From positions 37,696,001-37,760,000 of the forward strand of contig NC_043004.1 of the NCBI RefSeq assembly GCF_006345805.1: 64,000 nucleotides of DNA. Direction: 5' to 3'. Positions within the stretch are counted from its first letter, which is position 1, and each line of letters opens with the position of its first letter. The notes under the pieces are model-generated. The model was not told where the DNA came from, searched no databases, and saw only the letters and a list, made by a program, of their open reading frames with translations. Source of the DNA: Octopus sinensis (lineage: Eukaryota). This document shows, piece by piece, positions 23,896 through 36,354 of the stretch. The position numbers and the translations under genes are program-made.

Positions 23896-26800
23896 CCCTT
23901 CATAGATCAGATCAAAAATTTGCAAAAGTGTAATCCTTCTTTTTTTTGATATTACACATACTTCTCAAATTTATTGCTGAGCACCTGTAGCAAACTTTAT
24001 CTATAGCTCTAAAGTATTCCTCACCACAATTTTGCATACAGGAAGCAATCCATGAAGTCTGGACTATTTTGTATGTTTTGATTCCGTCCGGAATCACTCA
24101 CCAATCTGAATCAGTAATATATTTGGTTGAAATCTCTGTTTGGGAACGTATGTAAATTGATAGTCATTATCACTATTAATAAGATAAATTTTCAAATCGT
24201 AAGTCTATATCAATGTATTGTTTACACTACTATAAAAGTGGTCTTCCCTGTCTCCGATGGGCTTCCCATCAGCAATTAACTGTCATAGAGGATGGTATTT
24301 TCCAAGATCTCTAGCTTTCAGTATTATTTTTTTCTAGTTACCAACCACAAATTGTGTTCCGTAATTGTTTAATTCATGGATTTTTTTGTTTCAAGATATG
24401 AAATTCTCTTGATCACTGTAAATCTCACCTATGATCCTAGTAGTGGTCCAACATCGGCCATAAATTCTCTTAACTGTATTTCAGGAGTGGAAAGATTTAG
24501 CTGCTATTTCTAGACGATTTAGCAACCACTTCTTTTCAACTTTTGAGAACCAGTATCAAACAATGGAACGTACGTTTTGTTTATTTCGTTCTTTCTTCTA
24601 AACGTTTCAAAGTTATGTCAATAATTTATTTGCTTCCATTGGTAGGAGCTAACTAGATTTATAATTACCTGTTGGCAGAGATAAAAGGAAGAGTAACAAA
24701 AGTTACATGTGAAACAAAGTAAATCAGTTATTTGTAATATGAAATTAAACAAGTGTCCATTGTCGAATATTTTCGAACTTTAATACTTACGGAAATATTT
24801 TATATATGAGTTACAACTGTAAATAAGAACATAAATCAACAATCGTTATTCTAGGCGGAAACCAAGTGTATATGCGCATGCGTACATATTAGAAGAAACA
24901 TAACTCTTGTTACAGCCCCTATCTTTCAATATTTAGTTTCTTGCAGCATTGCAACTAATGCAATTTGTTTAACTTTATTGCCCCTCAAACATAACATGAT
25001 GCAAACAAAACCTTGCATATACAGCAGCTTTTAAATGAACACCGACAGTTTATTATTAGTTAAGATGTCTTACCGCTAACTCTTTCAGGGTATGTGACTG
25101 CTTAGGATCCATTCTGAAGTAACGTCATTCAATATATTTATAATCACCTTGCTTTGAGCCCGCAGCACCTACTGGAGTCGTAAGAGTGCCGTCGTGACAC
25201 ATGGTATGTTTTCAGCATTTTAAAAGTTGGCAGAGTCCATCCTACTACAGATTTGACCATAGATAAATAAAGAGACAAAGAGGAATCATCTATGTACAGA
25301 AATGGTACAATGAACAAATAAAAGTAATATATTTTCTCAACGGAGCTAATGGAAAATGTAAAAATTAGTGAGTACTTTAGCGACGCCAAAATGAAACTGC
25401 AATTTCATTTTTCAAATCATGGTAAAATTGACGAGAAACTTTGAAAGGGGAGAAATTCTGGGAACTTGAGATATTCAGTACAACTTCACCTACAAAAAAA
25501 TTGGAGTGTTACCAATTTTGTAGCAGAATAACAAATTAATAGAATGGGACTATATTCAGAGATATAGATTGTACGATCAGAAACATTGACTGGAAGCACA
25601 AGTATAAGTAATGTACAAAAAAATGATTTTGAATGAAATATGCACAACATTAGAAAAAGCCTTAAAAGTTGCTATTGTAACAGTTTGTATTATGATATAT
25701 GTTGGGAGTCGGCAGTTAACGATTGTAGCGGATGTTGCTGTTGCAGATGTGCTACCTAACTAGGAAATTAGAGGAAGATAGAGGAAATGTTAAGTTTAGG
25801 AAGTCGATAAAATGATACCTTCATTGTGCCTGACATTTAAACATCAGTGGTGTTGTGACAAGACTGTAAAACTCTCACTGTAAAACTTCTCTCAGTTGAA
25901 TTATCTTACTAACTGGATTCTGCCTGTGGTCGCTTCTGTGTCATCTCCTTTTAGCCAACTAACTTTTACCTACAGTGTTTTAGTATTTATAATTATCCAA
26001 ACTAGTTAGAAGGAGAGACATATTGTTGAGCACAATGAATTTCCTTGGCAGTCTATTATTTCTATTCTAGCTTTTGGTGAAACAGAAGAGGTTAGAAGGA
26101 CCAAGTGGCAGACATTATTCTGCTTAGCAAAGGCATCTGGTAAATGTAACTGCTATCACACACAGAATAACTATTGTTTTACTATGAGAAAAGTGTGGTT
26201 GAACTGTTAAGTGAAATTTGGTGACCGAGGATCAAATCCACGCCATGCCTGCATGAATCCACTACATCACTCCCCCTCCAGAGAGGCTACAGGAAAAAGA
26301 AACGAACGATCAAGGGAGAGAAAGAAATGCATGGTTGAGGAAAAATTTTGCATATCAGGAGAGAGGATCATTGAAGTGTATACGGGACAATTTTCTATTT
26401 GGATAGGTCCAAATAGCGGTGTCACTTTGCATGCCAAAATGTGCAGTCAGTGACTGGGCAGTATGAAAAATGAGTTAGCGCATGAGGGCGTATACATGAG
26501 TGCAGGTACACATATCAAAATTTACTGTAAAATAAGCTCAGGTGAATGAGTGAGTGTATTCTCAATCCATGATATCGTAGAGTTTCTTGCAGGATTGTAA
26601 TGTGTGAAATGTCTTGAAGGTTTTTCAGAAGTGAAATGTGTCAGGTGCTGGTGTGGGTAATTGCTGAGGTTAGCAAGAATGACAGTGTAGCATGCTGGAG
26701 TGATGTATGAGACAAGTAATTTTCTCCATTCATTATGTGACCAAACAGGGGTCTAACAGAGGGAAATTATGTCTAAACATGAGCGCAGAGCATGTGAACA

Positions 26801-28252
26801 TCCAATGTGCATCAAGTCAGGAAAAGAGTTGGGCTGGCACAGACTTGTTGAAAAACAAGACAGTAGAGGAATAACAGAGTTGCACGCGCGTGTGTGTGTG
26901 TGTGTGTGTGTGTGCAAAAGGGCTTATGGCTGAGGTAGTATGCTAGTGCAGTGATTACAAATAAAAAACAGTGATGAATATGCCAGTGATTGAGGCAGTG
27001 CTGAATATGCCAGCCAATGCACGTTGTATTAAATACCTTGAAATGTGCAAGAGTAAAAGTGAGACATGCTGGCGTGTTGTAAGGGACAAACAACCTTCTC
27101 TATGTATACGTGACCATGTAGGGCAGGATTCGTGACAAACAAACTATAGGCAGAAACTTTGCTGAGGGCTAGCTAGGAAGTTGGTCAGCAGGCAGAAAAA
27201 AAGGACTTCTGGTAGGAAAAAAAAAAAAGAATGTCAACAGTGATATATAAAAAAGAATGTCAACAGGCGGTGCTCCAGCATGGCCACAGTCAAATGACTG
27301 AAACAAGTAAAAGAGTAAAAGAGTAAAGAGTGAGTGTGAAACGAATCTGAGTGAACTAAACAGAAATAACTGACAACTTAAGCCCTGATGTATGTAAAGT
27401 AATAAACCTCTGATAAATGTATTTTTGCAGGGAGCATGAAAAACAAGCAAGAAAGGCATGGTGTGGTGTATGAATGTTACAGTGTTAACATGCAGAACAG
27501 TGTTAACATGTATGAACGTTGTGTGGTGCAGCAAAAGAAACGAACAGTATAGAAAAGAGTAAACAAAAGTGACAAATTTAGTTGGAAATGGTGTCCTTTG
27601 TGTAAAGTCTTCTGCTGAAAATGAGAAAAAGAGGTGCACGCAAAGAAAAAGAGGTTGTTGAAAGTATATGTGAGAGTCTTAGATTTGCAGAAAAGTTCGT
27701 AGACAATACAATGACTGTACATCGGGACAAGATGAAAAGCGTGTGTTTGTCGAAAAGGTTGCATGTGCGGACTTCCGTATTTTCTTCCAGTTAGTTTCTG
27801 GGCAGGTAGCTGTCGAAATGCTGCGCTTATTGGCTTCTGTGATCAGTGTTGCATTATAGTGAAGTGAATCGTAGATTGAATAGCAGTATAGAGCTTTCTG
27901 TAGCATGTTCTGTAACAAGTCGAACGAGAGTTATGGCTTAATGAAAGTGTTGAAAAGAAATCCTTATTTTTTTTAGCTTGGATCCCAAATGTATGTGACG
28001 ACGTAATGGAACATACAGCATCAAAAATGCAGTAATTCTTTTCAGCACCGGAGTCGGCAAAAGGCAGCAGCATCTAGCATCAGAAGTTAGCCATTTTTTT
28101 TAAAGACAGGGTGACCAATGTAACAGTTGTGTTAAGGTGGTGTCATTGGTCACCAGTTGTAATGGTATGTATTATGATAGTTGTAATGATATGCAACGGC
28201 TCTTGTCGCATCAGAAGGAAGTTCTTTCTAGTTGGGGTTACCAATTGTAATT

Positions 28253-28410
28253 GTGGAGGTGCAATGGCCCAGTGGTTAGGGCAGTGGACTCACAGTCATA
28301 GGATCACGGTTTCGATTCCCAGACCAGGCATTGTGTTTATTGAGCAAACACACCTAAAGCTCCAGAAGGCTCCGGGTGATAGCAAACATTCTCTCACTCT
28401 TTCTTCCTGT
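28253..28410 (+). mobile_element. SINE family D, internally deleted
   Basis: gtggaggtgcaatggcccagtggttagggcag...gtttcgattcc; full copy at 41676-41972. Confidence 0.75.
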
Positions 28411-28795
28411 TGCATCACTGTACATAAATCCCCTCACTAAACAAGTTTTTCAAAACCTGTTTTTGTCTGTACATATATATATTCCCCTCCTATTACCGAA
28501 AGCTGAACAGTTATCTCCCTTACCCACAACAATAACCAATTACCTTCCCTTAGTTTTCTACTTGTGAAGTCATTCACTCGTAAATATTGTCACACACACC
28601 ATGGCCAAAATTTCTTAAGAAAAAATACATATTCAAATAAGTAAAGCATAATATGAATAGCGAGAGCGAAACCGGTCGATATATTAAAAATTATATTAAA
28701 ACTACGTAAAGTGTGCGTATTTTCCTTTTTAATTTCTTATATACATTACAACTCACCAAGTGGAGATAGTCGAAATTCCTTCTTTCTGTTACTAA

Positions 28796-28838
<43 letters not shown>

Positions 28839-29431
28839 ATATATTAGCTGGTCCGTACCATCAAAAATGATAGCTAATTGTAGTATTTTATGTATAAAAA
28901 TGGGTACAGAAAGGTGAAAAAAATCAAACACTGCTTCAGCTATGAGTGTGTGAGTATGTGTGCGTGTGTGTGTGTGTGTGCGCACGCGCACGCGCGCATA
29001 TGTATACATTTATATGTATGAGTAGCACAGTCTGTAGCAAATGCGGTTTTCTATACTGTCACAGCCCGCCTCCTTTATTAAGTGTGTCTGTTTTATATGT
29101 GTGTATGTAAATGCACGTGTGTCTGTAATTCTATTTTCTATGTATCTTTCTAAATAAACAAACACATACACTCACTCAAGTATATAAATATATTTTACTC
29201 AAACGCACACACAGAGTAAAGGAGTGTCAGTTATTTAGTGATAGTCTAAGTGATGGGGTAGTAGGAAGGAATAAAGAAATTAGGAATATAGATTAGGTGG
29301 TTGGACAGGTCAGTGCTTAGTAGTAGAAGAATATGCTTATCCCTGCATATCTTACATCTTTCATTCCTCCACTTCACTCTCTATTTTGTATCTTATCTAA
29401 ATTAACTATTATTTAACTATTTTCTCACACT

Positions 29432-29479
29432 GTCTCCGATGAAGGGATATAATAAATATCCTGGAAACAGCTGTAAGAC
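29432..29479 (+). ncRNA. Minimal type-I hammerhead motif (U4C variant)
   Basis: GUCU-CCGAUGA-A-GGGAUAU(AAUAA)AUAUCCU-G-GAAA-CAGCUGU-A-AGAC; palindromic ACAGCUGU; GUA triplet. Confidence 0.6.
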
Positions 29480-29547
29480 CTTCTATTTATAAATGTTCTA
29501 AAATCTTCACAGCCTTGTTTTTTTTTATCTCATTCTGAAAAAGGAAA

Positions 29548-29581
29548 TTATATATATATATATATGTATGTATATATATGC

Positions 29582-29672
<91 letters not shown>
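29548..29672. repeat. (TA)n microsatellite
   Basis: Direct reading; similar tracts at 40650-40720, 41545-41675, 42870-43030, 52181-52250, 61803-61840 and 62465-62540. Confidence 0.95.
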
Positions 29673-29676
<4 letters not shown>

Positions 29677-29763
29677 GTTTTGAATATCTGGAGTTCTTGT
29701 TATTTTTCATTCATTTGTTCACATCTAGGCTACAAAAGGTATTTGCATATTTTTGTTATGATT

Positions 29764-31560
29764 ATGGCAACAATTCTCAAGGCCATCCTGGGAAAGGTGG
29801 ACAGATTAAAAAAGGCCACCAATTCGTACATTGATGACAACCTGGTGAATGAAACCATAATGCCAGCAACGGAGTTCATCGGCCACCTGAAGAGTTTTGG
29901 ACTGATCGCCAAGCCACCAGAGGCAATGGAGGGAGGTGCTGCACGGGGCCTCAAGCTATGGAGAGACAAGGTCGGCGCATTGGTGTTCCGGCGAGGGAAT
30001 GAGATCCCCGAACTGGGCGCCAGCATGAATAGACGGGAACTGTTCACGGTGTGTGGGAAGCTGGTGGGACGCTACCCGATTGCAGGTTGGCTCCGGACAG
30101 CATGTAGCTTCATCAAGAGACAAGCCGAAGGAGTGAAGTGGAATGATAGAGTGGGGGAGAAGACGACTGACATGATACAGGAAGTCTTGGTCAGAGTAAG
30201 AGCAGAGGATCAAGTGAAGGGCAGTTGGTATGTTCCCAAATCAAAGAGCGGGATTGTATGGTGTGACGCCAGTAGCATCGCAATAGGCGTTGTCTTAGAA
30301 GTGGGAGGTATCATGGTGGAAGATGCAGCCTGGCTCAGGAAGATAGATGGCTGCAATCATATCAATGTGGTGGAGTTGGATGCCGTGTTGAAGGGAGTGA
30401 ACCTAGCCTTGAAGTGGGGGTTGCACGCCATAGAAATCAGTACTGATTCGGCCACTGTACTTGGTTGGGTGACAGCAGTCATCACCAATGAGTGGAGGGT
30501 GCGAACCAAAGGGGCCGCAGAGATGCTGGTAAAGCATTGATTGGGGATACTGCGTGAACTAACCACTGAGTTCAATCTGAAGCTGAGCGTGATCTTTGTG
30601 CCTTCCGAGAAGAACAGGGCAGACGTTCTGACCAGAGTAAAGCAAGCCTGGTTGCAGGTGCCAGAGGATGCGGAGCAGGCTGTGGATGCAGTATGCCGTC
30701 TGAGTGACTCGGAGTTGAGGAGATTGTATACCATGCATCACATGGGGGTGGACAGGACGTTGTTCCTATCCAGGAAAGTTGACTCCGATGTAACAAGACG
30801 GAGCGTGCAGAGAGTGGTTAGTAGCTGTGACAGGTGCCAGTCCATCGACCCTGCTCCGGGCATATATGAGGTGGGAAGTATTCCAGTGGACCATGACTGG
30901 CAGTGAGCATAACACACTACCGGCTGGGGACATACCTCTCGATGGTTGACTGCGGACCGGGGCGGTTGGCCATATGGAGGGAGATGAAGACGGACCGCAG
31001 AAGAAATTGTGAAAGTATTGAATGAGATATTCCTGGAATGAGGCCACGTGGATGAACTGCTTCTGGATAATGGCACTGCATTTCGCTCGGAGGTGCTGAA
31101 AGAAATGCTTGATGGGTGGAAGGTCACCCGCTTCTTCAGGGCGGCATACTGGCCAAGTGGAAATAGGGTGGTGGAAAGGTATCATCGTACCATCAAGACC
31201 ATGGCGGAGAGGGGCCACATTTCACCAATCGAGGCCGTATTTTGGTACAATATGTCACCCAGGTCAGGACAAGCTGAGGAGTCGGTGCCACATAGGGCAA
31301 TATTCAGGTACGAGTGGAGGCATCCGTGTACTGCATCAATGCGACCCGGGGCAGAGGAAGAGCATGCCTTCGTGCAGGTCGGGGAAGAAATTTGGGTAAA
31401 ACCCCTAAATTCACGGTGTACATCAAGATAGGGAAAGGGAACAATAACCTCCATCAATTCGAAGAACAACATCTCTGTCGATGGTATGCCGCGCCACGTT
31501 TTGGATGTACGGAAGATTGTCCATGCCTCAGGGGATGCAACCAGCAGCAGTGGGCAAGAT
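29764..31560 (+). mobile_element. Ty3/Gypsy pol relic (RT end, RNase H, integrase)
   Basis: YIDDNLV; WCDASSIAIGVVLE...HINVVELDAVLKG...STDS; HHMGVDRT...CDRC; LLDNGTAFRS...SGNRVVERYHRTIK. In-frame stops; no LTR seen. Confidence 0.92.
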
Positions 31561-31930
31561 GATGAAGACAACAACAGTAGACAAGATGATGAAGACAACA
31601 TTGTATTTCTTTCTCCCGTTGCTTCTTTTTCTGTTGTTCTTTTTCTCCATCACACTACACTTTGTTTGAGTTAGCATTCTACAGTCAACTGGAGGTTACT
31701 GTAGGAAAGATAAGTTACATTCCTTTGTTCTCGGACATGCATTCAGCTTTTTTCCACAGATATAAATAGGAAACTCCAGAGAACATCAGCGGTCAGTATT
31801 TTTCACTTCCACGGGCTGTACGCCTTTCGCTTTCTGGCAAGTAGCTTTTCCTAACAGACACACATCTAAGAGTGCGCGAGCTTCGTATTCTTCTTGTACC
31901 ACTAGACTACTGACTACTACTATAGCCTTG

Positions 31931-32157
31931 TACGAGGTGGTGCTGAAAAGTTCCTAGCTTTGGGTAAAAGAAAATACAGGAGGATCAGTTAATTATGCTT
32001 TTATTCAGCAGATTCCCCTCTCACAATTACACACTTATTGCAGTAGCAATAAGTGTATGATTTTTCAAAGCCCTGTAAAAGAACTCAGAAGACTGGACCT
32101 GCAATCACGCCTTTCGCGACACCTTTAAAGCCAGGAACTTTTTAGCACCTCGTCGTA
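31931..32157 (+). mobile_element. Mariner-type MITE, TA-flanked
   Basis: TA|CGAGGTGGTGCTGAAAAGTTCC ... GGAACTTTTTAGCACCTCGTCG|TA. Confidence 0.8.
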
Positions 32158-32744
32158 TACTGACCCTATGTGCAAATAAAACTGTAAGCAGTGTTTTTCT
32201 TTTCCGTGTTGATTATTACACTGTCTCACAGGGTTTGAACAATTTAATCATAACATAATGTGCTGCTGTACGTGGAGCTTTCAACTGGTAGCGATTGCTT
32301 TTGTAAGTTGTTTGCAAAAAATCTAGGTAACTAATATTTAGTTTCACCTTAGATTCAGAAACATGTTTTGAAATTTCAAGCTGTATTTAAGCAGCCCGTT
32401 TATCTATTTGCATTTGCTTCAATGTAAAGCACACTAATAAGAGGGTTATTTAAAAAAAAAAACAGAAAATTCGACACGCCGGATTTAATGGTTCACCATG
32501 ACTGCCCCAGTTTGTATAGTTCTGAAGATTTTAATACAAAAAATAAAAAGAAACTATTTATATTTCTTAATTTATTTGTAAATATTAACTTCTAAAATCT
32601 AATTCGATAAATATCGAATCAACGATGGAACATCTAAGTGGTCACATGACCTAGAAATAGGAAATAGCAGTCAAATTTCTTTAAAACAATCCTTACCTGT
32701 TAAACAAAAACGAACTCATTGGAAAATATACATCTTATGGAGTT

Positions 32745-34600
32745 TCTACCTATGCCTTTTCTGCAGATTGAGCAGGGCCATCTACCTAAAAGGATTTGTG
32801 ATTTGTTTGCCTTCCTTAGAGCAAGGTCATCAACATAGAGGAGCTCCCGGAGGCAGCCTGTCTTAAATTTCTCTATTATTGCTGGAGGACTATGATGAAT
32901 AAGAGGAGGTTGAGGACTTATCCTTTGTGGACCCCTACTTCTACCCGGAATTCTTCGCTATACTCGTTACCAACCGGAAGGCTGGACCTGCAGTCATGCC
33001 TTTCGCGACACCCTTTGTACATGGCTTGTACAGCTTTCACTAACCACTCATATTTCTCTAGTTTCCGCATTGACCACCAGATAAGGGATCGGGGGACCCT
33101 GTCGAAAGGACTCCATGTCAGTGAAAGCCAAGTACAGAGGTTTATCTTTGGCTAGGAATTTCTCCTGCAGCTGTCTTACCAGAAATATAACATCAGTGGT
33201 GCTTCTGCCTGGCACAAACCCCAAACTGCATCTCGCCTAAACTAACTTTCTCCCTAGTTGGTTGGGCTATGACCCTCTCCGTGACTTTCATCACCCGATC
33301 CATCAATTTGATACCTCTAATTATTTCTATCTAATGCCTCATCTTTACCTTTCTAGCAGTTGGCTATGGTGCTGCTGCATCAGTCATTAGGTATGACACT
33401 TTCGTGTATCACCTGATTGACTATACGGGTGATTAGACTAGAGCCTACACCGTCAGATATTTTAAGTATCTCAGCAGTGATTCCTGATGGATCGGGGGCT
33501 CTCCCTTCCTTCATACCTTTAATTGCTTTATCTATCAAGACGCTACTGATTTGAATAGCTGGTCCCTCTGTTGGGTCGACATTTGGCAGGCTCTCTTTCT
33601 CCTGTTCATTCTCTTCATTTAGCAACCTTTCGTAATGGTGTCTCCAAGTCTCTCTCACACATTGTCTTGCAAAATGAAACACTTCAAGTCTTTGGTCCTT
33701 ACGACACAGATCATTGGCAAATTTTTTCTCATCTGCTTCCCCTCTGGCTAAGTAAACCTGCCTCCTAGCTTCCCTTTTGGCGATGTGATACGGTTCCCTT
33801 CTACTACCATTCTTCCATGCCTGTTTCTTTTCCCTAATGACCCTGTCAACTACATTGTTCCACCACCACATTACCTTGGGTCGAGAAGGGACTTTGCACC
33901 ATCCACAGATCTGGTCAGTACCCTTGAACTGGTTTTCCCATAGGAAACTTCAGTTGTCCTTCACATTATCCTCTTTTTCGTCAAAATCTTCAAGTAATAC
34001 GTCTCTAAATCTCTGTCCATTCTGAGGATCCATATGCTTCCAGAACCTTCTTTTCCATGCTGGTCGTCTTCTGGGTATTCATTTAGTGCTGATCCTAAAG
34101 TCGCTAACTAGTAACCTATGTTGTGGGCTGCATTCTTCGACTGGGAAGGTTTTGGCATTTATAAGTAGCTATCTTTCCCATTTCCTAGCAAGAATGTTGT
34201 CAATCTGATTAGTGTGTCCATCAGACTGATAGTTGACTGGCAGGTTTCTTGAAGTTAGTATTACAGATCATAAGATCATTTGCATCACAGAACTCCAGCA
34301 GCCTGGTTCCCTCCTCATTGCGGGAGCCAAGTTTGTAGCCATCAACATGCCCGTTGAAGTTGCTATCTACAAAGAGAAGGTCCCTGTCATTCGTCGACGA
34401 GTTGTCTGCTAGATGGTGTCATAAAATCGGTCTTCTGTTCATCAAGTAGCCCTGGTTGAGGGGCATAACCCAAGCTAATGGTTGCTAATTCATGTTTCAG
34501 CACTACTATCACAGACTCTGACAACCTAGATTACCTTATTAACCCATTTCTCCGTAAGAAGTATACCCACACCCCCAACCTTATCAGTGTATTTCATCTG
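32745..34600 (-). mobile_element. RTE LINE relic (APE and RT parts)
   Basis: GVGILLTEKWV, WWWNNVVDRVI, KAPDPSGITAE, FDRVP; homologous to 57330-59567. Confidence 0.9.
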
Positions 34601-34866
34601 GGTATTAGCGTATTTAGTGTTACAGACTGCTGTTGTATGACGAGAAAGAAAGAAAGAAAGAACGAGAGAAAGAGAGAATGAGATAATAATGGCGGGAAAT
34701 GTATTACTACTCGAGAAGCAGGTCACTTCCCAGCAATACTATATCTAGGTCTTCTCACCCACCTACACAAATACCACAGTCAACAAATTTTGACATGTAC
34801 ATATATATATAACTTCAATAAATTAGAATAAAGTTCACAAATAGAACACTACTCGAAGCGTTAAGA

Positions 34867-34884
34867 ATGGTACAAGTGGCAGTG
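34867..34884 (+). CDS. CBR1: Carbonyl reductase (SDR) exon 1
   Basis: ATG GTA CAA GTG GCA GTG|gtaagt = MVQVAV; joins in phase 0 to VTGSNKGIG and completes the Rossmann beta-1 strand. Confidence 0.8.
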
Positions 34885-35128
34885 GTAAGTGACCTGATAA
34901 CGTTATTTCTCATAAGCACAACAATAAGCTTCTTCAATTCATACACATATTTATTCATTTAAATAGAATTGATGTATTTTTTTAAAAATATGAACAAGGA
35001 AACCTGAGAAAGTGTCTTCTACTGTTGCATCATGCCGACCCGTGTCTTGTGAATGAATTGGGTAGAAATAAATTATGTGGAAACCCGTTGTATGTATGTG
35101 TATTGTATTTGTCCTAACTACCACTTGA

Positions 35129-35521
35129 CAGGAGTGGCTGTGTGGTAAGTTGCTTGCTTACCAACCTCATGGTTCCAGGTTCATTCCCACAGCGAGGAAC
35201 TTTGGGCAAGTGTTTTCTATTATAGCCTCGGGCCGACCAAAGCCTTGTGAGTGGATTTGGTAGATGGAAACTGAAAAGAAGCCCGTCGTATATATGTATA
35301 TATGTGTGTGTGTGTGTATGTTTGTGCGTCTGTGTTTGTCCCCCTAGCATTGCTTGATAACCGATGCTGGTGTGTTTATGTCCCCGCCACTTAGTGGTTC
35401 GGCAAAAGAGACTGATAGAATAAGTACTGGGCTTACAAAGAATAAGTCCCGGGGTCGATTTGATAGACTAAAGGCGGTGCTCCAGCATGGCTGCTGTCAA
35501 TTGACTGATACAAAAAAAAAA
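35129..35521 (+). mobile_element. SINE family A inserted into an older SINE A
   Basis: Full head-to-tail copy; remnants of an older copy at ~35010-35128 and 35532-35610. Confidence 0.85.
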
Positions 35522-35612
35522 TTCTCTTCAACTTAGCAGTTTGGTCAATGAGACCGATAGAATAAGCGCCGGGCTTTAAAATATGTACAAGAGTTGATCT
35601 GTTCGACTAAAC

Positions 35613-35942
35613 TAGGAGTTCTCAACCATTTTTTTATCTATAGACCCCTGTGATTACTTTAGCCATTCGATGTTTAAAATTTGTTTTATAGAAACTTCTT
35701 TCAATAATTCTTCTTTTGTTGTTTCATACATTAACTTGTTTAGGTTGAACTATGTAAAATGCTAGAGAAAGAAACCTAGCCGTTTCTTGCAATATATATA
35801 CATATGCATACATCGAAAGTAAAATTTTTCTGGTGAGCTTAAAATATTATCGTGGATCCCAATTTACTGTTTTGTTGTGTGAATCTTCAAAAATCTTATA
35901 TGGAACTTCAGGGGCCATATAGACTCCAGTTGAAAACCACTG
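35613..35942. mobile_element. hAT (Charlie-type) MITE
   Basis: TIRs TAGGAGTTCTCAACC / AGTTGAAAACCACTG; exact 8-bp TSD GACTAAAC. Confidence 0.88.
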
Positions 35943-36354
35943 GACTAAACCTTCAAGAAAATGCCTCACTGTATAATGATTAAAACAAATAAAAGATTAA
36001 GGGATAGCTAAAATGAACTTGACGTTGTTTATGTACACGCATAATCTAGAATACGACTTTTAAACGCTCGTGAATGGATCTATATAATAAAGAACGTCTT
36101 GCACCCTTTAACTTTTTCAGCCTCTCTCGTCCTTCACTCTTTTGTTTACATGCATCCACCATCAATGCTTATTTATTGATCCTGGAAGGACAGAAAACTT
36201 GGGATCAAAGAGCCAGAGCAATTACTGCAGCTTATTTCTTTGATGCTCTAACGATTTTCTCAATCAACTGCTTTTGCTTCAGCCTGCTTGACTCGCTATA
36301 AGGCATTTCTATTTCACTTTTTGTTAGTGAGGGCATAGTTTTTAAACTTTATTG

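Noticed and set aside
25144-25620. Short ORFs on both strands
   Set aside because: Stops in all frames and no motif recognised.
27843-28073. DSGAE protease-like and HTFG gag-like motifs
   Set aside because: Motifs are in the wrong order for Gypsy and the context is too degenerate to call.
28650-28690. GC-GAGA-GC-GAAACCGGTC, the 3' half of a hammerhead
   Set aside because: CUGANGA box and stem I are missing.
34691-34699. E2F-like GGCGGGAAA upstream of the CBR ATG
   Set aside because: A single short motif; not significant without TSS data.
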